Shown: positions 39,069 through 53,496, counted from the first letter of the stretch. The stretch is 64,000 nucleotides of DNA from Octopus vulgaris (GCA_951406725.2 OX597817.1:143778001-143842000), one strand, 5' to 3'. Notes: generated from the letters alone by a model not told the origin. A program made the numbers and translations.

Positions 39069-41980
39069 AACTTACTGAACCCAATGTATAATGCATATAA
39101 TAAACGCTTGACCGACCACAAAACGCACACAAGCCAAGCACACCGAAAACTTAATCAGTAAAAACACATGCTCTTGAATAAAAGGATTTAAGAAATTGAA
39201 TAAGCTACGCAAAATTCTCATTAAGAAGACTTTAAAGGTCTCATTCTTCGCCAAAAAAAAACAATCCAAAACACAGTAAAAGACACTCAAACAGGAAATA
39301 TAATGTACAATACTAAATATTTTCTCCTCCATCCGTTCCTATAACTTTAATTAGTTTAGCAAACACATTTACGAAGTCTGTGACTAAAAATAAATATAAC
39401 TAAACGAGTCTTTAAAATTCTGTAATCAAAAGTAAAACAGAATTCACACCAACAAAGCTATTCTTCCATGATATTATTATTCGCACACACAATATGATAC
39501 ACACCAAAATGATATTGAGCAAAAAACTCACGACCTTAAGCCATTAAGTCCCACTGTCCTATAAATAGGACATTAAATGAGGTCCTATTTATAGGACACT
39601 GAGTATTCCCATTTCTACTTGATGTAAAAGAATTTTAGTAATTAATTTTTCATTTTAACCTATTTTCAATCATTTGTAAAAAATATTCAGAAACTTAAGT
39701 ACTCTGAGACTTAATGTGTTAATTAGATTAACTGTAAATCAGTTAACAAATATAAATCATTAATCAATCATTAGTAAATCAGTTAACGAACATAAGTTAT
39801 TAGTTAATCAGTAAATATAGATGTAACATTAAATATGAACAGCAACGAAAGACAAAACACATGTTTCCTCACAGACAAATTCAAGGGAACGAAACACTTG
39901 GCCTCACAAAATAACCAATAAAGAAGCAGAAAAGTTATATTCAATCAACAGGCATTAAAAGAAAACCAATGAACAGACATCCAAGTGCCTTCGTCTATAC
40001 CAACAAATATAATACGCACCCAATTCGAGATGCTTGAAGGTTGCGTTGATGTGAAACACGAGTCGGATATTATGTCTAAAATATGCTAAAATATACGGCT
40101 CGAGTCATATATTTTTCATTTGGACGTGTTATAAATATTGTTCCTGTTATCAATCGTCTTTTGAGGATAAGAGTATAGATGTGTTGTCCACTAATATTTG
40201 TCTATTTTTAATCGTGTGTGATATCGCGTATTGTTGGTAGTCCTTTCTGTAAACATCTTTATTTTTAGTTAAGTGGTAGGAAAGCGTCATACTTGTAAAG
40301 TCAATATAGCAATTAGAGCCGCTAATTTGCAAGCTTGTAGGTTGAAATTCTTGTGGCCTCTTATTAACAACACGGTTCTTAATTATAGAGATTTGTAGTA
40401 TACTGTTAATGTCATGGAACAGAACCTGGAAGGTGAACCAGCTGCATAAGAAGGAAATCATGACATTGCAATGTCTTGGAAAGAAGAATGGTGAACATTA
40501 TTATCTCTTACTTGCTTCAGTCATTGAACAACGGCCACGCTGGAGTAGAACTTTGTATTATGTTGAAGTATAGAATTAGATTTGCAGAGACCAGACGGAA
40601 GGCAGGAGTCAGAGATATACTTGAAGAAAAATGAAGGCGGTGAGCTGGCAGAAACGTTAGCACGCCGGGCGAAAAGCGTAGCCGTATTTCGTCTGGCGTT
40701 ACGTTCTGGGTTATAATTCCGTCGAGGTCGTCTTTGCCTTACATCCTTTCGGGGTCGATAAATTAAGTACCAGTTACGCACTGGGGTTGATGTAATCGAC
40801 TTAATCCGTTTGTCTGTCCTTGTTTGTCCTCTCTGTGTTTAGCCCCTTTGTGGGTAGTAAAGAAATATATACTTGAAGAAAATGTAAAAACAAAGAGAAG
40901 ATAGGCAGGTCCTTTAGCCTTGAGGGAGAACAGTAGAAGGATGGAATGGATTCCATGAAGGGTTCAGCAGAATGGACGACACCAATGAGTACCTGAAGAC
41001 GATGAGGAATGGTGTAAGATTGGTTTGGATTAAAATGGTGAAGAACGGGAAAGGTTTGAAGAGGGACGTCCAATTGTGGACAGCTTATCCAATGGTTTAC
41101 TCTAATGCATATTGTGTTCTGTTTTATATATTTTGTTTTTGTTTATATGTTCATTTGTTTTAGAATGAATATGCGGTTTATGTGGTGTTATCTTTAATCT
41201 TTTTCTTGTTTCAGTCATTAAACTGCGGCCATGCTGGGGCACCTCCCTGAAGAACTTGAGTTAAACGAATCAACCCCAGTACTTACCTTTCTAAAACTGG
41301 AGCTTAATCGATCTGTCTCTTTGCCGAACCGCTAAGTTACGGGGACGTAGATACACCAGCATCGGTTGTCAAGCGGCGATGGGGATAAACACAGACACAC
41401 AGACACACGCAACGACACGCGCGCGCGTATATACACATGACGGCCTTCTTTTTATAATCGGTTTCCGTCTACCAAATCCACTTGCATGGCTTTTATCAGT
41501 CCAAGAATAGTAGATGACACTTGCCGAAGGTGCCATGCAGTGGGGTAGAACCCGGAACCTTGTGGTTGGGAAGCCAACTTCTTACCACACAACCATGCCT
41601 CGTATATTCTTAATAAGTCTGGACCCTAATATATTTGTTGCTTTTTTTTTATTCCTGTTTGTATTGTTCCATGGTTTCAAGATTCTATTAACACGTACTC
41701 CGTAACGAGAGCGAATGTCGACGAAGATACAAAATTTGAATGATAAAATTCCTTCTTGGAAGAACATCTACAACTCTCATCAAACAACCCACAAGATGAA
41801 TAAATCCACAGATTGAAACAATGGCGTTTTTCAAAAATTAATAGACCAAAATATTGAACAATACAGTTTAACAATTGCATTAGACACAACATATATTAAA
41901 AATGACAAAACCACACACAAAACTTCATAAGAAAACATTAGTCGACAACACATCTATACTCTACAAAAATCTCCACAAGT

Positions 41981-42720
41981 TCGTGGTCTGATCAATAAGT
42001 ATCCGGACTGTTGTCATAGTAACGAAGCTAAAGCACGAAGAGTAAATTCGCTTGGCACAGAGCGACCTTGAATTCTGCTGTGCATGTGCATTATGTTTTA
42101 ACGTTTCAGTTCACTTCCGCTGTTTACAGCAGTGCTTGGAAGGAAGGTGTGTAACGTGTGATCGTCGCATTGACTATGACAGAGAAAGTTGAGCAGAGAA
42201 TCTGCATCAAATTTTGCCAAAAACTTGGCGAAACCTGCTCAAAGGCCTACGTAAAGTTTTCAAAAACTTTTTATCGTTCTCGACACAATCAAGGAGATCT
42301 TGTGCAACTGAAACCCGAGTGTCACTTTGGTCAGCTGAAAGCAGTTTTGGTAGACACGCATCTCACACTCAAATTTTTAGTGATAATGGACTGAACTGAA
42401 CCGTAACTAATCTGCACATCCTCTGATAACACACGGATGGTGATTCGACAATTTCTCCTCACAGCTGCATATACACCTGCGATGTTTTTCTCAGTTCTGA
42501 TGGTTGCAGACCTCCCAGAACATTCGTCAATATCGAATCTTTCGGCCACCTTGGAAACGTCTGAACCACTCGTACAACTGTGTATGGCTCATACACTCCT
42601 CTCCATACACTTTCTGCGACTTTGCGCAGCTCTCTAAGCAAATATCGCCATGACAACTTTCTCTGTCATGGTCAATGCGACAATCACATGCTGCCCACTT
42701 TCCTTCTAAGCACTGCTGTT
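41981..42720. mobile_element. Mariner derivative made of two 5' halves in inverted orientation
   Basis: Plus MTEKVEQRICIKFCQKLG. Minus GRSATIRTEKNI..RITIRVLSEDVQISYGSVQSIITKNL (second HTH). 42120-42190 is the reverse complement of ~42650-42720. Confidence 0.7.
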
Positions 42721-42775
42721 AGAGGGCTGCGAAACTTCAAGTAGCAAGGAACCAAAACAAACTGTTTTAAATAAC

Positions 42776-42817
<42 letters not shown>

Positions 42818-43036
42818 AACAAATGGGGGAAGCTGGTTTTGGGATTACTTTAGGTTTCTCGTCCATAAAGGGTTTAGAGGTCATGGGCCAACAGGGTTTT
42901 AGGATCTGACGATAAACCATGAAAGCTAAACTCTTTGTGGGCGGGAAAGCTAAGGTAACCCCTTTCGCATTTTTGATATATACTGCTCTACATCTTAGAG
43001 AGTGCTTCTTCTTTCAGATTTATGTTTACTTACAAA

Positions 43037-43127
<91 letters not shown>

Positions 43128-43244
43128 TGTATGTATGTATGCACGTATGTATATATCTATATATGTATGTATATATCTATATATATGTATATATCTATAT
43201 ATATGTATATATATATGTATATATATATAACTCACGGATATAAA

Positions 43245-43285
<41 letters not shown>

Positions 43286-43314
43286 ATATCTATATATGTA
43301 TATATCTATATATA

Positions 43315-43738
43315 CTCTTTACTCTTTTACTTGTTTCAGTCATTTGACTGCGGCCATGCTGGAGCACCGCCTTTTTAGTCGAGCAAACCGACCCCAGGAC
43401 TTATTCTTTGTAAGCCCAGTACTTATTCTATTGCCAAACCGCTAAGTGATGGGGACGTAAACACACCAGCATCGGTTGTCAAGCCAGACACACAAACACA
43501 GACACACAAACACAGACACACAAATACATACACACAAACACATACACACACACACATTTATATATACATATATACGACAGGCTTCTTTCAGTTTCCGTCT
43601 ACCAAATCCACTCACAAGGCATTGGTCGGCCCGGGGCTATAGCAGAAGACACTTGCCCAAGATGCCACGCAGTGGGACTGAACCCGGAACCATGTGGTTG
43701 GTTAGCAAGCTACTTACCACACAGCCACTCCTGCGCCT
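43315..43738 (-). mobile_element. CORE-type SINE, same family
   Basis: Reverse complement of the family consensus with an internal (CA)-rich tract. Confidence 0.85.
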
Positions 43739-43824
43739 ATATGTATATATGCATATATATATATATACATAAATATACATATATATACATATATGTATAT
43801 AAATATTTATATATATATATATAA

Positions 43825-43874
<50 letters not shown>

Positions 43875-44504
43875 TTACACAGATATCAGTCTATCTGTTG
43901 ATGTAACTATAACTATATACACACATGTACACACATACACACATACAAACACACGCACGCTCAACATCTATAAATTTGTTTTGTGTTTGCCTGTGTGCAT
44001 GTATATATATAATATTACATATATGTATGTATATATATATATACTCACACACATATATATGTGCGTGTGATATACATATGTGTACGTGTGTGTGTTTAGT
44101 GAGTAAATATGTGCATTTGTATTTGTGTGTATGTATGTATGCATGCATATATATGTGTGTGTGCGTGTGTGTGCAAAGGTCATCATTTTGAGCTGTCTTG
44201 TACTTAAACCGCCTACACTTTCTTTCGTCTTTCTTAAGTATAGCTTTGTTAAATCTGACTTCTATTTTGCTAGTTTTATTCCAATAAGTATGTGACACGC
44301 GCACGCGCGTATGTGTATGTGTGAATGTATATGTGTGAATGTATATATGTTTATATTTGTGTATAAGTGCGTGTGCCTGGTGTGTGTGGCGAGATGCATC
44401 TTGGAAGTGTAATAATATTAAATATATTAGGGTAATGCCATCTGTTGGCGAAAAAGTGTGACAGAAAAAGTAGAGAGAGAGAGAGAGTGGGAGTGACCGG
44501 TAGA

Positions 44505-44870
44505 GAACATACATGCATACATACATAGATACATACATACATACATACATACATACATGCATGCATACATACATACATACATACATACATAAATACACAC
44601 ATACATGCATACATACATGCATACGTACATTCATACATACATACATCCATATATACATACATACATACGTACATACATATATACATACATACATATATAC
44701 ATACATACATATATACATACATACATATACATATACACATACATACATATATACATACACACATACACATACATACATACATACATACATACATACATAC
44801 ATACATACATACATACATACATACATACATACATACATACATACATACATACACGCAAGCATATACACAT
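44505..44870. repeat. (ATAC)n microsatellite
   Basis: Directly visible. One of many (AT)n, (CA)n, (ATAC)n and (ATAG)n tracts in the window. Confidence 0.95.
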
Positions 44871-45350
44871 ATATAAATGCACACATAAATAGACGCATTT
44901 GTAATTAGCAGACAGTGGAAAGTTAGAGAGAAGGAAAGTGGTCAAAAAGTGTTAGAGAGTGAGACAAAGGGAGAGAAATCGACTGAGAAGAATGAAATGG
45001 AAAATTTGTCAGAGAGTCAAAGAGAGGCAGGCAAAGACGCCGGGAGAAGAAAAGCACAAAAATAGAAAGTCAGAGGCATTGAAGGCGGGAGAGAAAGAAT
45101 AAAAGAGAAAACAAAAGGATGAACGCAAAGCATTAGAGAGTGAAGCAGCGTTGGAAATGGGTTGGTCTGTAGTTTGGCAGCAAATAGGATGTCAGATTGT
45201 GATGTATGAAAGATGAAGAAGAAAAGGTGAAAGACAACCATTGGTGGAATCAAGACAGTTGCGTGGGACTGTTGTCGTTAGATTTGCATAACACATTTAG
45301 AAATTGGTAAACACATTTCCCAGCTTTTGAATGTAATAATTCGTTGTCGG

Positions 45351-45760
45351 AAGGCGGTGAGCTGGCAGAACCGTCAGCACGCCGGTCGAAATGCGTAGCC
45401 GTAATTTTGTCTGCCGTTACGTTCTGAGTTCAAATTCCGCCGAGGTCGACTTTGCTTTTCATCCTTTCGGGGTCGATTAAATAAGTACCAGTTATGTACT
45501 GGGGTCAATATAATCGACTTAATCCGTTTGTCTGTCCTTGTTTGTCCCCTCCGTGTTTAGCCCCTTGTGGGTAGTAAAGAAATAGGTATTTCGTCTGCCG
45601 TTACGTTCTGAGTTCAAATTCTGCCGAGGTCGACTTTGCCTTTCATCCTTTCGGGTCGATTAAATAAGTACCAGTTACGCACTGGGTCGATGTAATCGAC
45701 TTAATCAGTTTGTCTGTCCTTGTTTGTCCCCTCTGTGTTTAGCCCCGTGTGGGTAATAAA
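45351..45760 (+). mobile_element. tRNA-derived SINE with Meta-like central domain, partial tandem dimer (second SINE family)
   Basis: AGGCGGTGAGCTGGCAGAA head, GAGTTCAAATTCC B box, GCCTTTCATCCTTTCGGGGTCGATAAATAAGTACCAG-like domain. The 3' part is repeated at 45586-45760. Other copies at ~2695-2902, 3085-3275(-), 4860-5065(-), 27206-27395, 36185-36391(-), 40633-40866, 51125-51345(-), 51507-51727(-). Confidence 0.82.
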
Positions 45761-46768
45761 TAAACAAATAATTAGTTGTCGGTTCGTGAAGGCGCGTTGC
45801 GTAGTGGTTAGTGCCTTCGGCTTGCGATCTTTAGATCGCCAGTTCGAATCCCAGCGGCGCGTTGTGTCCTTGAGCAAGGCATTTTATTTCACGTCCATTA
45901 AGTTAGCAAAAAACTGAGTTGTACCTGTAATTCAAAGAGGCCAACCTTGTCAGATTCTGTGTCAGGCTGAATCCGTCTGAGAACCATGCTAATGGCACGC
46001 GTGTCAGTGGAGTACTCAACCACTTGGACGTTAATTTCATGAGCAGGCTGTTTCGTTGATCGGATCAATTGGAACCCTTGTCGTTGTGGACCGACGGAGT
46101 ACCAGTTTAGTTGTCGAATGCTTTGCATGTATACCGGAGTCTGTGAACTATGTGCATACATCCGTGCATGGTTATATATATATATATATATATATATATA
46201 GGTGGTGCTATTAAGTTAGACATGGCCTGGGCCAATAATGGCCGAAACCTATCAAAGTATCAAAGTATATATTCGTGCTACTCCATCGGTTACAGCGACG
46301 AGGGTTCCAGTTGAACCGATCAACGGAACAGCCTGCTCGTGAAATTAATGTGCAAGTGGCTGAGTACTCCACAGACACGTGTACCCTTATCGTAGTTCTC
46401 GGGGAGATTCCGCATGACACAGAGTGTGACAGGGCTGGCCCTTTTCAAATACAGGTACAACAGAAACAGGAAGAAAGAGTGAGAGAAAGTTGTGGTGAAA
46501 GAGTACAGCAGGGTTCGCCACCATCCCCTACCGGAGCCTCATGGAGCATTTAGGCGTTTTCGCTCAATAAACACTCACAACACCCGCTCTGGGAATCGAA
46601 ACCGCGACCCTACGATCGTGATCCTACGACTGCGAGTCCGCCGCTCTAACCACACACACACACACATACACACACACACACATTATATTAGAGGAAAAAT
46701 CAAAGCCAAGTCAGAACGACTATCTCAAGCTATTTAGAATAATTTAATTAGTGTAAGGTAAATTTAGA

Positions 46769-46842
46769 GTCTTACAGCTGTTTCGTTTCTGGGATAACCT
46801 AAGTTAGCATGTCAGGGCACTGGGTATTCCGTCATCAGAGAC
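46769..46842 (-). ncRNA. Hammerhead ribozyme motif, stem II degenerate
   Basis: GTCT-CTGATGA-...-GAAAC-AGCT-GTA-AGAC. Confidence 0.55.
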
Positions 46843-47041
46843 AAGGGATGAATATTTTAGACGTGGAAAAATTTACAGTTTACAAGGAATAAAATAGAAG
46901 AATAAAGAAGCAAAATAGGAGAAAAAAAAGTAAAAGCAGTTAGAATATAGGCAGGAGAATAATGTTCACAACTCATATGTTTCCAACTATAGAACTTACC
47001 CAGCTTACCTATTCATTTAGATCACATGTGAATTAAACCCC

Positions 47042-47143
<102 letters not shown>

Positions 47144-47456
47144 AGCCCTACGTCGGTCACGACGACGAAGGTCCCAGCTGATACGATCAACGGAACAGTT
47201 TGCTCGTAAAATTAACGTGTAAGTGGCTGAGCACTCCACAGACACGTGTATCCTTAACGTAGTTCTCAGGGAGATTCAGCGTGATACAGAGTGTGACAAG
47301 GCTGGCCCTTTCAAATACAGGTACCACCTCATTTTTGCCAGCTGAATGGACTGGAGCAACGTGAAAGAAAGTGTCTTGCTCACAAATCGTCGCCGAGAAT
47401 TGAACTCCCGATCATACGATCGCGAGCCGAATACCCTAACCACTAAGCCACGCGCC

Positions 47457-47569
<113 letters not shown>

Positions 47570-47867
47570 GAATATATACATACACACACATACGCACGAG
47601 TATTGCTTGTCGTATGACGTGTAATTCTCATTTCGATTACTTCACTGCTATTTTATTTATCGATCTTGAATGGATGAAAAACAAAGTTCACATCGGTGGA
47701 ATCTGAACTCGATGCAAAGGACCGAAAGAGCTAATGATTCTGTTAGCTCACCAGTTATTATAACATATAACTTTTATCATATTTCTTGGTGTTTATACAA
47801 AATAATAAAATAAAACTAATTTTCAAAGGTAGGATATTTCTTAACTTAAAATTAAATTAAATATAAA

Positions 47868-48865
47868 ATTCTCATTGTATATTTTACAATAAATATATAT
47901 TGATATTATCAATTTTAAAAAAAATCAACAAAACGAAATTGACTGCATTGCAAAACTTATCTCTACTAAATTTTATTAAAAATTATGCATTTTTCTGAGT
48001 TTTATGAGAATCAAAATGAGCGCTGGAGCACCAAACTTGAAAATGCATCTTCCTCTCTCGCCTTGTCTTTTATTTTCTCTCTCTTCCCCTAAAAGAGGAA
48101 TATCGCTCGTGACCGGGTGACGCCGACTCGGACGGAGCCCGCCTTGATATTAAAGCAAGCATGGGTGAAGGTGGAGTACACGGGCACAAGCGATGATGAG
48201 ATGGAAAATTGACTAGAGGTTGAAAAACCTCAGTGTTATAATGTGTAAGTGGCTCAGCGCCTCATTTGTAAATGGACAGTGGTTGGGGCAGCGGACTCGC
48301 GGTCATAGGATCGCGGTTTCAATTCCCAGACCGGGCGTTGTGAGTGTTTATTGAGCGAAAACACCTAAAGCTCCACGAGGCTCCGGCAGGGGATGGTGGT
48401 GATCCCTGCTGTACTCTTTCACCACAACCTTCTCTCACTCTTACTTCCTGTTTCTGTTGTACCTGTATTTCAAAGGGCCGGCCTTGTCACACTCTGTGTC
48501 ACGCTGACTATCCCCGAGAACTACGTTAAGGGTACACGTGTCTGTGGAGTGCTCAGCCACTTACACGTTAATTTCACGAGCAGGCTGTTCCGTTGATTCG
48601 GATCAACCGGAACCCTCGTCGTCGTAACCGACGGAGTGCTTCCAGTGTTCTCATTGTATATTTTGCAATAAATACATATTAATATCAGTTTTTAAAAATT
48701 TTATCAACAAAACGAAATTGACTCCGTTGCAAAACTTATCTCTACAAATTTTTATTAAAAATTATGAATTTTTCTGAGTGTAATGAGAATCAAAATAAGC
48801 GCTGGAGCACCAAACTTGAAAATGCATCTTTCTCTCTCGCCTTGTCCTTTATTTTCTCTCTCTCT
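47868..48865 (+). repeat. ~215-bp diverged direct repeats flanking unique sequence and a SINE
   Basis: TTCTCATTGTATATTTT...GCGCTGGAGCACCAAACTTGAAAATGCATCTT..CTCTCTCGCCTTGTC at ~47868-48085 and ~48648-48865. Confidence 0.8.
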
Positions 48866-49851
48866 CTCTCCCCTCTCTCTCACCCTCTCACCCTCTTACC
48901 CTCTGTCTTTCTTTGTTCGTTTTTGTTTTTAGTTATTTAAATTCTTTCTCTGTAGAAGGAGCTGGTTTCTAACAAAGTTACAAATCACCATCGCTGGAAT
49001 GTAAATGACGAAAACTGTCACATTTTAAATTTGAGAAAAAATCTTGAATATTTTTACTGTTCCAGATTCTATTTTTAATGTGTGTGTCAGTTGCCTGATT
49101 TCTTTTTCCGAGTATCCTAGCACTCTCAGTTAGGCGTTTACTCACAAAGCCAAATGTAGCAATTATTATTGGTATAAATGTAAATTTATAACTTGGGTAT
49201 ACAAGCAGGAGGTTTCCAAGCAGTTGTCCATGGTTATCCTCTTTCTGTTTGATTTTCAGAGGTATTCACCTCAGCAGGAGAGCGGACTTCTATGACGGTA
49301 CATAATTTTACTTGTCAGTCCCAAACAACAATATCCGTGTTATGCTTACACTTGATGGATGTTTTGATGTATGTAAGTATTCCTTTATTTGTTTTAGTCA
49401 TTTGACTGCAGCCATGCAGGAGCACCGAAGCCATCTTTCCAACTGCTATCTTCACCAAGACCAGACCGCTTATCCTATCTCTCTCATAAGCTATCTCCTC
49501 AAACGTTCAGAATAATTTTTCCATCGTCTTGGCTTAACAGCCCTCATCGTTTGTTTTTACTGTGTTATTCTCAATAGGTGGTTCATCAACTTTTAGAGAT
49601 TATATTATGTCAACTTTATTTATTTACTAAACTGACAATTACAAGAATATACATACATGTAAAACATATTATGCTTTACATATAAAATATATAAAGATAC
49701 CAGTAATTATTAAAATATAACATATAGGAATATAAATTGGAACAATAACTTACAGCTGTTTCAGCCAAGAGGCAAAAATACCTCATTCTACCTTTATTCC
49801 TCCAGCAGACTGAAGTAATTAGTAGATGAAATTGAGGTACTGGGTGTTTCT

Positions 49852-50420
49852 CTAGGCTTTGTTAGAGTACCTCAATTTGGTTTTTCGCTCAACTGCGCTC
49901 CACATATAAAATTGACGGCGGTTGCAGTCTGGGAAGTTAGGTGGCCATATTTTAAGAGTGATGTGGTCGTAAAAATTGTTTGACAGCCACGACTGGGTTC
50001 TCCTGCTTGTGTGGCATGGTGCAGAGTCCTGTTGCCAGACGTAAGGTCTTCCAGCAGTCACCTTCTTGGCCAGGACAGCACTACCTCCTTCCAGGCACTT
50101 GAAGTAAGTCTCCGTGCTGAGTCTGAGGCTGCGGGGGAAGATGAATGAAGGCATAACGTCGCCATCACTAGTGATCACGCCAAACACCATGATGTTGACT
50201 GGATGTTTGTATTGGAGCTTCCGGCGCGAATGCCAAGCAGCACAGCATGTCGTTTCCAAAGTTTCTTACAGAGTGAATTGTGCCATGGTGCTGTTTTTCT
50301 TACAGACGATGCCCAACTGATCCTACTATACTGTGTAGTCCAGAAAATCAAAAATAAACAATGGGCATATGCGAAATTAAAAATATAAAATGGCGACAAT
50401 TTACCCATCGCTCCCTCTGT
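49852..50420 (-). mobile_element. Internally deleted Tc1/mariner-superfamily (maT/DD37D-like) transposon fragment
   Basis: KHPVNIMVFGVITSDGDVMP..GRPYVWQQDSAPCHTSRRTQSWL..WPPNFPDCN. Probable terminal sequence near 50420. Confidence 0.75.
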
Positions 50421-50747
50421 GTGTATGTGTGTGTGTGTATATGTATGTATATATACGTATGTATATATACGTACATTCATACATCCAAAATCAAATCAAA
50501 GTTCCTTCCTTAGCCATAGGCTAATAAGCCCGGTTTCCCAGATATTCTGGTGTATATATTCCCATCATCCCGCCCTGGATTGCTCATTTTTACCAGTTGA
50601 ATAGACTGGAGCGATGCAAAATGAAGTGTTTTGCTCAAGGACACAACGCGTCACCCGATCGGAGAATCGAAACCACAATCTTATGACCATGAGTGCTGCA
50701 CCTAAGCCACGTCCCTGCACATATAGATATTTATGCACACGCACACG

Positions 50748-50817
<70 letters not shown>

Positions 50818-51333
50818 TGCAAACACTGTTTTGTAAATTCTGAAGAACAGTCATTCACTCAGATCTCTGGTCGCGAACCAGTGTGAAACATGCAGTGGCA
50901 AGGCTGGATCATTCGGTAACAGACGTAATCTTGGAAGTCTGTGGAGTGGCACATTATTCTGTCTCCTCTGAAAATATGAAAGAGTAGGTTGACCTCGGTC
51001 GGGGTTGGAATTTAGAACGCTATGAGACGGAACGAATGCCGCAATGTACAGTAACTGATGCTCCAACGATTATTCTGGCTTCTATAGACAAATATCAGGC
51101 AGTGCCTTTGTCTTGACAAACATATTGATTTCAAATTTTGGCACTAGTCTGGCGATTTCGGAGAAGGGGGTGACGTCGAGTATATGAACTCCGGTATTTA
51201 ACTGGTACTTATCTTATCGACCCCGAGGGGATAAAAGGCAAATTCGACTTCGGCGGAATTTGAACTCAGAACGTTTAAGACAGACGATGTGCCGCTTAGC
51301 ATTTTGCCCAGTGTGCTAACGATTCTGCCAGTT

Positions 51334-51503
51334 CGCCACCTTACGCCGCCTTACGCCGCCTTGCGCCACCTTACCCCACCTTACACCGCCTTACGCCGCC
51401 TTACACCGCCTTACACCGCCTTGCGCCGCCTTGCGCCGCCTTGCGCCGCCTTACACCGCCTTACGCCGCCTTACGCCGCTTTAGGCCGCCTTGCGCTGCC
51501 TTA
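51334..51503. repeat. 10-bp GC-rich minisatellite (CCTTACGCCG)n
   Basis: About 17 imperfect units directly continuing the 5' terminus of a minus-strand SINE. Confidence 0.9.
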
Positions 51504-53260
51504 CTAATATTGATTTCAAATTTTGGCACAAGGCCAGCAATTTCGGGGGAGGAGGTCAAGTCAATTATATCGACCCCAGTGTTCAATTGGTACTTATTTT
51601 ATTGACCCCGACTCGATGAAAAGCAAAGTCGATTTCAGCGGATTTTGTACTCAGAACGTAAAGATGGACGATATGCAGGCAAGCATTTTGTCCAGCATGT
51701 TATCGATTTCTGTCAGCTTGCCGCCTTTGATGGAACGAACACCGCAATGTACAGTAACTGATGCTCCAACGATTATTCTAGTTTCTATAGACAAATATCA
51801 AGCAGCGCCTTTGTCTTAACAGATATATTGACCGCAAAACGTGTACAGAGCATTTTGTCACACGATTTTGCCAATTGGTTTTCTGTTTAAAATATCGGAG
51901 CCATTAATTAAAGTCATCTTAATTCGAACTCAGAACGTAAGGACGGACGAAATGTAGGCAACGATTTTGTCCAGCATGTTAATCGATATTGCAAATGTCT
52001 GAAATATATCTCAGATCTTGTATTGTTTGTTATTTTTATTTCTATAGACTTTCTAAGAACAAGTTGGGTAGGACGAGGAATATCATTAAAAAAAAAAAAA
52101 AGGAACACCATGCTAAGTTTCTTGTAAGCTTCCAGTTATTTGCTTCGTTGTATAACATTGGAAGCTCGAATCCGGCCGGTATGGACTTCAATTTTCATCT
52201 ATTTGGAAACGGCAAATTAGAATTAACAATCAAATACCAGGGTAGGCTGGTTCTATTCTATCTTCATCAGAGACAAAACATTACAACTAATGTTGTTTAT
52301 GTGTGTGTGTACTTTATTTGTGAGTTAATATGCTTTCATATAGAGAGAAATCAAGCCTGCCATATGGGAACGTTGGTACTCGTTTCCATCTTGGATGATT
52401 AGGGTATATATATGTATCTACGTATAAACTGAAGTCAGAAGAGTTTTATAAGCTATCGGGGGAACGTGAAATAATTCCTCTTCGGAATAGTATAACTCGA
52501 AGGACACGCATAATGCTATATACAATGGTATGTAAATATTGGACTGAGAAAATATTGGATAGAAAAAAATTCAAGGCTTTTTCTATAAAAAAAAATACAA
52601 ACATCAAACAAAAACACAAAAGAAGCAAATTCACGTCCCCTGTAGGCATGACATACTTTCTACCATTGAATCAAAGCAATTCTTCGTATTCCTCTATCAA
52701 TTTTATAAACTTTACTCTTGCCTATGAGAATTCTATGACGCCAACAACATACAATGCTGTGTGTACTTCGAGATATACTATTCCAAAGAAGAATTATTTC
52801 GCCTTGTCTCGATAGTTTATAAAATTCTTCTCAAGTCAACAACAAAGAATTCTCACCGGTAAAAATGAAGTTTCTAAAACTGATAACAAATACCTTCGTA
52901 AGATTGCTATGATCCAATGGTAGAACGCCTGTTATGTATATAAAAGATGTGGGTTCGAGTCGCCTTCGACTTCTTCTATGCAAAACGGGCTTTTCAACCC
53001 AACATTAACATGTTATCATTTATAGCCTTATACGTGTGCTTCGAGATGTACTATGTAAAAAAAGAAACAAAAAATGTACATATATAGTTTTGCTGTGCAG
53101 AGTCGTACATAAGTTTATTATGTGAAAATGACAGTCTTCTCTGCATTTTGCCACAGGTTGGACGGTTCACAGCTGATCAACTCAGTCTGGAGCGAAACGT
53201 CAAGTTTATGATATAAAAACACTAATAACACTCATTCCTTCACATGTATGCATATAAATA

Positions 53261-53319
<59 letters not shown>

Positions 53320-53496
53320 ATATATATATATATATATATATATAATGTGAAATAGAAAGATGAATAATCTTGTAGTAGATTAATCAAAAGTTTAACCGAT
53401 ACCTTAGTAGCAAAAATCACAGCAGTAAAACAGCACGGTTGGAGGTACAACCATATGGTGTTGCAACCGTGCGTTGGTGCGGATAATTGAAATTAG

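Noticed and set aside
39547-39600. Short palindrome GTCCTATAAATAGGAC...GTCCTATTTATAGGAC
   Set aside because: Probably a DNA-transposon subterminal remnant. Too short to classify.
43891-44945. 335-aa YVCM-repeat ORF and the many [12 protein letters not shown] ORFs across the window
   Set aside because: Stop-free reading of (ATAC)n, (AT)n and (GT)n tracts.
49746-49860. GAAAC-AGCT-GTA half-hammerhead on the minus strand (similar halves at ~40053 and ~55127)
   Set aside because: The CUGANGA half is missing or unrecognisable (truncated by the adjacent transposon at 49852), so these were not counted.
51334-51503. CRISPR-like regular repeat
   Set aside because: Contiguous 10-bp tandem units without unique spacers, eukaryotic context and no cas genes.
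52908-52972. tRNA-like A/B boxes (also SINE heads at 31051, 33150 and 45790)
   Set aside because: No complete cloverleaf or paired acceptor stem. These are SINE heads or decayed pseudogenes.
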